Assembly: GCA_051652765.1 (NCBI GenBank)
Contig: JBOFUV010000072.1
Span: 1-24,529, forward strand
Reading direction: 5' to 3'
Source: Microcoleaceae cyanobacterium
Lineage (GTDB): Bacteria; Cyanobacteriota; Cyanobacteriia; Cyanobacteriales; Microcoleaceae
Length of the DNA stretch: 24,529 bases
Below are positions 1-6,731 of this stretch, one piece after another. The position numbers and the translations under genes are program-made. Positions within the stretch are counted from its first letter, which is position 1. The number at the start of each line of letters is the position of its first letter. The notes under the pieces were generated by a model. The model did no database searches. It was not told where the DNA came from and was given only the letters and a program-made list of their open reading frames with translations.

Positions 1-704
1 AGACTAGCCAGCTTCTCGATGGTGGTGTCGGCACGAATGCCCTCGTCTTTTTCGATCAGATGCACTCCTTGCTTGCCGCTGACCTCAATCGGGACGATTT
101 CCTTATGCAACCAGCCCTGCTGCGTTGCCTCGGTTGCCCGCTCTTGAGAATACAGGGCGACCTCATCCAGTTCACTGCGGGAGACACCATAGGCTGCTGC
201 CAATCGTTCGGCCTGATCTCCCATCTTTTCAGATGTTGTTGGATCGCAAAGCCCATCAGAGACCAAGAGATCAATGAGCGGCTCAGATCCATTGAGCAGT
301 AATTTGCACCCCCATCTGACCCGATGTGAGAGCATCAAACCGGTTTGGGACATGGATTCTGTCCCTCCTGCCAGGACAATATCAGCTTCTCCTGCTGCGA
401 TCGCCATTGATCCATTCATCACACTCATCATGCCAGATGAACATACCATATCCACTGCATAGCCATTTGTGGTCTCGGGAATACCGGCTTTGAACGCAGC
501 TTGACGCGGTAATAACTGACCGTGGCCAGCGCGGAGGACATTGCCAAAGACATACAAATCCACCAATTCTCCAGATATCCCTGCCCGTTCCAATGCACTC
601 CGCATCACAGTTGCCCCCAATTCGACGGGGGAAACCTCTGCAAGCACTCCGCCAAAGCGACCCAAAGGAGTCCGCACTGCTGAAACAATGTAGGCTGACT
701 GCAT
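1..704 (-). CDS. phaA: Acetyl-CoA acetyltransferase (beta-ketothiolase PhaA), 5' part; runs off the left edge of the window
   Basis: Manual translation from the ATG at 704: MQSAYIVSAVRTPLGRFGGVL...GNVLRAGHGQLLPRQAAFKAGIP...VDMVCSSGMMSV...AGGTESMSQ...DEGIRADTTIEKL. This has the thiolase N-terminal motifs and the catalytic Cys motif and closely resembles cyanobacterial PhaA. GAGGAG SD just upstream (712-717). Absent from the ORF track because there is no stop in the window. Confidence 0.93.
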   Translation of the reverse strand, partial: MQSAYIVSAVRTPLGRFGGVLAEVSPVELGATVMRSALERAGISGELVDLYVFGNVLRAGHGQLLPRQAAFKAGIPETTNGYAVDMVCSSGMMSVMNGSMAIAAGEADIVLAGGTESMSQTGLMLSHRVRWGCKLLLNGSEPLIDLLVSDGLCDPTTSEKMGDQAERLAAAYGVSRSELDEVALYSQERATEATQQGWLHKEIVPIEVSGKQGVHLIEKDEGIRADTTIEKLAS

Positions 705-831
705 ACTTTCACTCCTCTTGTATAGATTTGATGGAATTTACCTCTGTCCCGCATTTGAAGGACATTCCAACTCAGTCAACCAAAGTTCTAATCAAATTTA
801 TGTTCAGGGTGTTCAGATAGAGGAAAAGTTA

Positions 832-1917
832 CTAGCTATTTCCCAATCTGGCTGCTAAAAATTCTTTTGCCTGTTTCTTCCCGTCTTCGATCAGATGATT
901 GATGAATTTGGGGCTGCGGTCAAGCTTACTCTCATAGTTGAGGGAATTTTGTACGTCACTAGACATTTCAATGAATGGAATATAGTAAGGCTTGTCGTCT
1001 AAATCGACAAAAGATCTGGGGATTTTGATCGGCTCGCGAATCCCAATTGACTCTAGAAACTCCTCTTTATAAGCGCCTCCCAACAGCAAGTCGTTGAGTC
1101 GCTCCACCGATCGGAGGCTCTGAAATAAGGAAACATTTCCTTCCAATTCATTACGACGATCTAAAATATCGTCTGGCTGCACCGGGATCGAATCTCGGTG
1201 GGTTGGATTCAACTTAATCACCCAAATTTCCTGGGGAATATTGGCCGCCCCAACATTTGCAGGATCGATCAATTCAGTAATTGGGGGGTTGTCAGAAAAT
1301 ATGCCATCCCAGTAAGCGTCATTGCCAATTTCAACTGCCGGAAAAATATTAGGAATCGCACAAGAAGCCAAAATATGTTCGACTTTGATGGGTTCGCGAG
1401 ATGAGTTGAACATCCACAGTTTTCCAGAGAGAATATTGACCGCACCCATTAGTAGAATCGGGGCCTCTTGCTTGACCTCCGAGCAAGCTATCTCTTTGAA
1501 GTCAATATGAGCTTCTAACAATTCTTGAAAGTTGGTAAATCGATCGCGTAAACCCATGGTTGCCAAAGACATCCAACCCTTCAGAGCTTTGGATGCCGGA
1601 CTGACGACAAACTGGGGCAGAAGTCCTTTACCAGTTAACTCTAACGTTGAAATGACAAAGCTATTAAAAAAAATCTCTTGGGAGGTTTGGGCCGTATTAT
1701 CTTTCCAGAATGCGGTTAATCGCCCAACTGGATCTTCCCCTCTCTTCAAGGCATACCAAACCAAAGCTGCACCCAGTGCTCCACCGGATGTGCCGCTGAG
1801 GCTCACAATCTCATATCTGTCTTGAATGTTGTTTTCGAATAGGGCTTGAAGTGCCCCCGCTGTAAAGGCAGCGTGACTGCCTCCCCCTTGACAGGCTATT
1901 GCAATCTTTGTCCTCAT
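832..1917 (-). CDS. Patatin-like serine hydrolase (candidate PHA depolymerase)
   Basis: 361 aa with the oxyanion motif ACQGGGSHAAF, nucleophile elbow GTSGG (Ser44), ASCAIP motif and catalytic Asp in YWDG (Asp204). GAGG SD upstream. Co-oriented with phaA and 127 bp upstream of it. Confidence 0.9.
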   Translation of the reverse strand: MRTKIAIACQGGGSHAAFTAGALQALFENNIQDRYEIVSLSGTSGGALGAALVWYALKRGEDPVGRLTAFWKDNTAQTSQEIFFNSFVISTLELTGKGLLPQFVVSPASKALKGWMSLATMGLRDRFTNFQELLEAHIDFKEIACSEVKQEAPILLMGAVNILSGKLWMFNSSREPIKVEHILASCAIPNIFPAVEIGNDAYWDGIFSDNPPITELIDPANVGAANIPQEIWVIKLNPTHRDSIPVQPDDILDRRNELEGNVSLFQSLRSVERLNDLLLGGAYKEEFLESIGIREPIKIPRSFVDLDDKPYYIPFIEMSSDVQNSLNYESKLDRSPKFINHLIEDGKKQAKEFLAARLGNS

Positions 1918-2161
1918 GGAAATTCCTCAATAAAGTCAATGTTCAAGTACGTGTAAATTCGGGCCAAAACCACAGTTTCGCTGCAACACTATAACGGAGG
2001 AACTTTCCAGTACAAATCCGTATCAGAACTTGACTTAGTTCGGCGCAAAGCCGTAGCCATATCTTAGAAGAAATGCAAATACCAGCTTAGGCATTCAAGC
2101 GAACAGTATAAAGCATAAAAATCAGAAAATCATAGAAATTTTGGTCAAGTCAAATAAATTA

Positions 2162-2185
2162 CTAGCACTCTTTTTTGAGTGCTGA
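2162..2185. promoter_or_regulatory. CIRCE-like inverted repeat with a non-canonical 6-bp spacer
   Basis: CTAGCACTC-TTTTTT-GAGTGCTGA versus CIRCE TTAGCACTC-N9-GAGTGCTAA. Each arm matches 8/9, but the spacer is 6 rather than 9. Lies in the patatin/phaE divergent region. Confidence 0.3.
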
Positions 2186-2237
2186 GAGTATAGCGCTTGA
2201 CAGCAAAATTTCACAAGTTACAGTGCTGTCCCTAACA

Positions 2238-2251
2238 GTATGGAACAATAC
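2238..2251. promoter_or_regulatory. Putative NtcA box
   Basis: GTA-TGGAACAA-TAC(A) fits GTA-N8-TAC, near the middle of the patatin/phaE divergent region. No canonical TAN3T -10 element at ~22 nt on either side. Confidence 0.3.
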
Positions 2252-2546
2252 AGTGAGGAAGAAATATTAGAACGATATTCATAAGACCTGAGAAAACAAG
2301 TGACTAACGTCAACGAGAATGGAGATGGCCCAATAGGCCAGATGGCACAGCGGTTTTAAGTCGGTAAAAACACGGGATAATTATTAGATAAAGCAAAATT
2401 AAAGATGTAGGAAGTTCAGAGCAACATCTGTACCTGTCTGACTGATTGCAAGAGATCAAAACATGTTCTGGTTGGAGATTCATATCAGTTGGTGTACTGT
2501 TGAGGCATTACTTCCACTGGCTATAGTTTCGGGATAGGAATGACAA

Positions 2547-3695
2547 ATGGAAGAAAAACCAGATTTCTCGGTAGGAAACGCTGATCAATTCCCAAAAACC
2601 TGGGCTGAGGTCGGCACTCAGATGTTAAAAAACTGGTTTGATCTGATGGAGGTCACCGTTGGCAATCCTCCTGCAAAGGGAAAACCAGAACCAGAGTCTA
2701 TCCCCCAACCTGTTGTGGACTATCAGCAACTGCAGTTCCATTTGCTCAAACTTGCATTTGATACCTGGCAGGAGATGCTGCCAGGTATCGAATCTGGAGA
2801 GGACGGGCAAAACTCTCTCAACTATTACAGACAGAAACTGCGGGATCACACTCAGAAGTTCTCGGCAGGAACGCTTAAAAGTTGCCTGGAGCCAACTGCA
2901 CTGTGGCAAACCTATCTCAAAGAGATGCAGGCACTGAATCAACTGTGGGTTACTGCCCTGGGTGTATCAATCGATCCGACGAATCCAACATCAGCAACCC
3001 GCATCAGCAAATCCTGGATCGAGCTGAATAGCTCTTACTGGAACCTGGCATTTGAGAAAATTCCAGGCAATCTGGCACAGATGCCTCTATTAGGGCCCAA
3101 CCGTGACCTGAGCCATAAACTCATGCAAGCGTCCGATGCCTGGGCAAAACTCTACCCAGCAAGCATGGACTATCAGATGGTGCTGGCAAAGATTCAAATC
3201 CAATCTTTTGAGGAACTATTGCCAGAGCTAATCTCGTTGGCCAAAACCGGCGAAACGGTGAAAAACTGGCAGCAGTTTCAGCAACTTTGGGGTCGCATTG
3301 TGGATAAGGTCTTTGAGCAGGCGTTTTGTCTAGAAGAGAATCTCAAGGTTAGAGGGAAGTTCCTGAACGCCATCAACCACTACAAACTCTGTCAACAGGA
3401 ACTAACGGAAATCTGGATGAAGAGTATGAACCTACCTACCCGCAGCGAAATAGACGAAGTTCATCAAAGCATCTATGAACTGCGAAAACAGGTGAAGCAT
3501 CTGAAAAAGAACCTGACCCAATTGGAAGCCCAAGCCCAAACGACTCCACAAAAAACTGACGAGCTAGGAAAAGATCATGTTGCCCTTTCAGATCATGCAG
3601 AACTTTCAGGATACAGTCAAAGCCCACCCTGCGATCGCCAAAAAAATGGTCAGAGGGATGGAGCATTTGAGCAACCTGCGAGAGGACAATATTGA
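2547..3695 (+). CDS. phaE: Class III PHA synthase subunit PhaE
   Basis: 382 aa, Trp/Gln-rich helical protein with the PhaE C-terminal signature MNLPTRSEIDEVHQSIYELRKQVKHLKK. Directly upstream of phaC and overlapping it by 119 nt. Confidence 0.93.
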   Translation: MEEKPDFSVGNADQFPKTWAEVGTQMLKNWFDLMEVTVGNPPAKGKPEPESIPQPVVDYQQLQFHLLKLAFDTWQEMLPGIESGEDGQNSLNYYRQKLRDHTQKFSAGTLKSCLEPTALWQTYLKEMQALNQLWVTALGVSIDPTNPTSATRISKSWIELNSSYWNLAFEKIPGNLAQMPLLGPNRDLSHKLMQASDAWAKLYPASMDYQMVLAKIQIQSFEELLPELISLAKTGETVKNWQQFQQLWGRIVDKVFEQAFCLEENLKVRGKFLNAINHYKLCQQELTEIWMKSMNLPTRSEIDEVHQSIYELRKQVKHLKKNLTQLEAQAQTTPQKTDELGKDHVALSDHAELSGYSQSPPCDRQKNGQRDGAFEQPARGQY

Positions 3696-4680
3696 AATTG
3701 GTGTTTCTCCCAAAGTAGCAGTCTATCGCGAAGATAAGGTCATTCTTTATCGCTTTCAACCCAAGGTTGACCATCCTTTAAAGATTCCAGTTCTGATTGT
3801 CTATGCTTTGATCAATCGTCCCTTCATGGTTGATCTCCAAGCCGAGCGATCACTGGTAGCCAATTTACTCAACCTCGGACTGGATATTTACTTGATTGAT
3901 TGGGGCTATCCAACCCGAGCCGATCGCTGGCTCACCCTGGATGATTACATCAATGGCTACATCGATAACTGTGTTGACTTCATCCGACACCATCACAGTC
4001 TAGAGAAAATTAATCTGCTAGGAATTTGTCAGGGGGGCACATTTAGCCTGTGCTACAGCGCCATCTATCCCGAAAAAGTGAAAAACCTGATTACGATGGT
4101 GACTCCGGTCGATTTTCAGCTCTCCCACGCCCTTTTGAATATGCAAGGAGGCTGCACCTTGGGGACAGAGGCCATCAATATTGATCTGATGGTGGATGCC
4201 TTAGGCAACATCCCCGGTGACTATCTCAATGCCGAGTTTTTGATGTTAAAGCCTTGGCAATTGGGCGTTCAGAAATATCTGGATTTTCCAGACATCATGG
4301 ATGACGAAGACAAGTTAATGAACTTTCTGAGAATGGAGAAATGGATTTTCGATAGTCCAGATCAAGCGGGTGAAACCTATCGCCAATTTCTCAAGGACTT
4401 CTATCAACAAAATAAGCTAATTAAGGGGGAAGTGAGGATTGGAGATCACTCAGTCAACCTAGACAAAGTTTCCATGCCTACCCTAAACGTATATGCAGAA
4501 AAGGATCACCTGGTTACCCCAGCCTCATCTTTAGCCCTAGGGCAATACATCGGCACAAAAGACTACACAGTAAAATCGTTTCCAGTTGGGCATGTCGGCA
4601 TGTATGTCAGTAGTAAAGTCCAACAACATCTTCCCCCTGTGATCGCTGAGTGGCTGAGAGCAAGAGCTGAAGGCCAATAA
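3577..4680 (+). CDS. phaC: Class III PHA synthase catalytic subunit PhaC
   Basis: 367 aa with PVLIVYALINRPFMVDLQ, IDWGYP, PhaC box GICQGG (Cys151), RMEKWIFDSPD, Asp in AEKDHLV and His in GHVG. MLPF N-terminus with AGGA SD upstream. Confidence 0.97.
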   Translation: MLPFQIMQNFQDTVKAHPAIAKKMVRGMEHLSNLREDNIEIGVSPKVAVYREDKVILYRFQPKVDHPLKIPVLIVYALINRPFMVDLQAERSLVANLLNLGLDIYLIDWGYPTRADRWLTLDDYINGYIDNCVDFIRHHHSLEKINLLGICQGGTFSLCYSAIYPEKVKNLITMVTPVDFQLSHALLNMQGGCTLGTEAINIDLMVDALGNIPGDYLNAEFLMLKPWQLGVQKYLDFPDIMDDEDKLMNFLRMEKWIFDSPDQAGETYRQFLKDFYQQNKLIKGEVRIGDHSVNLDKVSMPTLNVYAEKDHLVTPASSLALGQYIGTKDYTVKSFPVGHVGMYVSSKVQQHLPPVIAEWLRARAEGQ

Positions 4681-4694
4681 TTAAAACTAACTAA

Positions 4695-5030
4695 TTAATT
4701 GCTTTTAGTCTGCTCTGCCATTTTCTGTGTCGTTTGAAAATAGTTTTCCCAAAATTGCTTCTGGGTTTCGACTGCTAAATTTGCCGATACTCTTTGAGCA
4801 TCGAGGACTGAACTAATCAGTTCTTGTTGAAAACTAAGCATTTTCTCAAAGCTTTCAGAAAGATTTATCTGAATTGCTTTATCAGAAAAGCTTTGCATCC
4901 AAGAGTCAACCAGCTTCTTTTGTGAATCTATCAACTGCTTCTGAGACTCGTCCCAGAGTTGCGTTGCTCTTTGCTGGGACTCATTAAATTGATTTTGAGC
5001 ATTCTTGAAAGATTCGGTAGCACTACTCAT
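4695..5030 (-). CDS. Probable phasin (PHA granule-associated protein, PhaP-like)
   Basis: 111 aa Gln-rich, apparently all-helical amphipathic protein (QKQLIDSQKKLVDSW...QKQFWENYF). GGAGG SD upstream. Convergent with phaC across a 14-bp gap. The call rests on size, composition and context. Confidence 0.7.
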   Translation of the reverse strand: MSSATESFKNAQNQFNESQQRATQLWDESQKQLIDSQKKLVDSWMQSFSDKAIQINLSESFEKMLSFQQELISSVLDAQRVSANLAVETQKQFWENYFQTTQKMAEQTKSN

Positions 5031-5416
5031 TGAAGAATTTCCTCCAATACGATTGGTGTTTTTAAGACGAGTACGCTTTTGTAATCACAGCTTAGTATTG
5101 CACACATTCCCCATGTCAACATTCCAATCTTGACAATACTCCGGACAGGTTTAATGACCGACGACAGAATAGGGCTTTTAGCTCTATTCTATCGAGAACT
5201 GACCGACGAGAAAGCAAGGATTGCAGCCTTATCTCAAAAAGTACCTGAACTTCTGAACTATTGTCTTGAACGAGCTTAGAACCCATCGCTTTTGATGGCG
5301 GGACATGTAAAATAAGCAGATGGCTAACGTGTTCATCAGCAATTCAGCCATATCAACGCCTACCGCTAAGACTAAAATAAAAAACAGATTTGAACTATAC
5401 CCTTTCACGAGGAGGC

Positions 5417-6493
5417 ATGATGCCTATTCCCTGCCACAGTTATCTAGCGACTGCCATTAACGCCAATGAGGCTCCCTGTGTTTCGCTCTACATGCCCACC
5501 CACCGGAGCCATCCGGACAACGTCCAAGATCCAATCCGGTTTAAGAACCTGGTAAAGCAGGTTGAAGAGTCGCTCAACCAAGCTTATGCGTTAGGCGATG
5601 TCCAGGCTCTGCTTGAGCCACTGCACCAGTTGCAGGACGACGACACGTTCTGGAACCATACCCTAGATGGGCTGGCAATCCTCACCTCTTCAGCCCGATT
5701 CGACCTATTCAAGATTTGTCGAACAGTGCCTGAGTTGTCTGTAGTGGCAGACACGTTTCATCTCAAACCGCTCCTGCGATATGTCCAGTCGGCGGATCAG
5801 TTCCACGTATTAGCGGTGGCTGAGGACAAACTGGCCCTGTTTGAAGGGAATCGGTATGCTCTAGGCTCCATCTCTGTTCCCACGATTTCGGGGACTGCCC
5901 GAACCCCCGCCCCGTCAGATCCAACCGCTGAGGTTGTAGGCGGCAGGGGGATCGAAGGGTACTTCCGAGCAATTGATCAGGCGATCACCGAGGAAATCTC
6001 GAAGCTGTCTGAAATCCCAGTGGTGCTGGCTGCTCTGCCAGAGAATATTGGCCAGTTCCGGGCGATCGCCAAGAATCCATACCTGCTCCCAGACAGCATC
6101 GTCGGCGATCCGTTTGCCTTCGATACCCATGAACTGCAAGTTCGAGCCTGGGCTATTGTGGAGCCGCACTATCTGTCTCGACTAGCAAAGCTGAGTGAAG
6201 ATTTTGGCATGGCGGTTAGCCGTCAACAGGGCACAGGCGATCTGTCCGATGCGGCACAGGCTGCGATCGCTGGGCGTATTGGCACGTTGCTGATCGATGC
6301 CGACCAGATTCAGCCTGGGACAATTGATCCAGTTACCGGCGGGATCAAGACCCAGAACCTCGACGATCCGACAGTTGACGACAAACTTGACGACCTAGCT
6401 GAACTCGTGCTGAAAACTGGCGGCGAGGTAGTGATCGTTCCAACTGAGCGGATGCCCACGGAAACGGGTTTGGCTGCAATCTTCCGCTATTGA
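5417..6493 (+). CDS. Bacterial archaeo-eukaryotic release factor family protein (baeRF3-type, Balon-like)
   Basis: PCVSLYMPTHRSHPDNVQDPIRFKNL, FWNHTLDGLA, VADTFHLKPL, YFRAID and C-terminal DDLAELVLKTGGEVVIVP...TGLAAIFRY (eRF1 domain-3-like end). AGGAGG at 5410-5415 favours a start at ATG 5417 or 5420 over the TTG at 5390. Confidence 0.82.
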   Translation: MMPIPCHSYLATAINANEAPCVSLYMPTHRSHPDNVQDPIRFKNLVKQVEESLNQAYALGDVQALLEPLHQLQDDDTFWNHTLDGLAILTSSARFDLFKICRTVPELSVVADTFHLKPLLRYVQSADQFHVLAVAEDKLALFEGNRYALGSISVPTISGTARTPAPSDPTAEVVGGRGIEGYFRAIDQAITEEISKLSEIPVVLAALPENIGQFRAIAKNPYLLPDSIVGDPFAFDTHELQVRAWAIVEPHYLSRLAKLSEDFGMAVSRQQGTGDLSDAAQAAIAGRIGTLLIDADQIQPGTIDPVTGGIKTQNLDDPTVDDKLDDLAELVLKTGGEVVIVPTERMPTETGLAAIFRY

Positions 6494-6521
6494 TCTCAGG
6501 CCCGATGTCCGTCGTCCGTTC

Positions 6522-6562
6522 ATTTTTTTAAAAGCCTCGCAGAGCTGGGCTTTTAAAAAAAA
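6522..6562. terminator. Bidirectional intrinsic-terminator-like hairpin
   Basis: TTTTTTTAAAAGCC-tcgcagagctg-GGCTTTTAAAAAAAA inverted repeat between the convergent baeRF3 and permease genes. Confidence 0.6.
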
Positions 6563-6567
6563 TTATA

Positions 6568-6602
6568 GGAAACTTTACGGGTTGGAAATTTTACGGGTTG
6601 GA
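6568..6602. repeat. 16-bp tandem duplication
   Basis: GGAAACTTTACGGGTT followed by GGAAATTTTACGGGTT, then GGA. Confidence 0.8.
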
Positions 6603-6731
6603 GCTTAACAGCGTCGATAGCTGTAGCGGTTACATTCAGGGAATTTCTCTAGTGCGCGCATTGAAATCTCAAAGAATCATTCTGACTCTAATTGCTATGG
6701 CTACAGCGCCATGAAAGAGACAATTGGGAAT

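Noticed and set aside
56..820. Short ORF-track entries 56-292, 60-302, 274-462 and 593-820
   Set aside because: All overlap the phaA frame (704 leftward), which has clear thiolase motifs. They are off-frame or antisense shadows.
5130..5310. TTGACAATACTCC and the CCATC/GATGG hairpin as IS200/IS605 end remnants
   Set aside because: The similarity is short and I recognise no TnpA or TnpB coding remnant.
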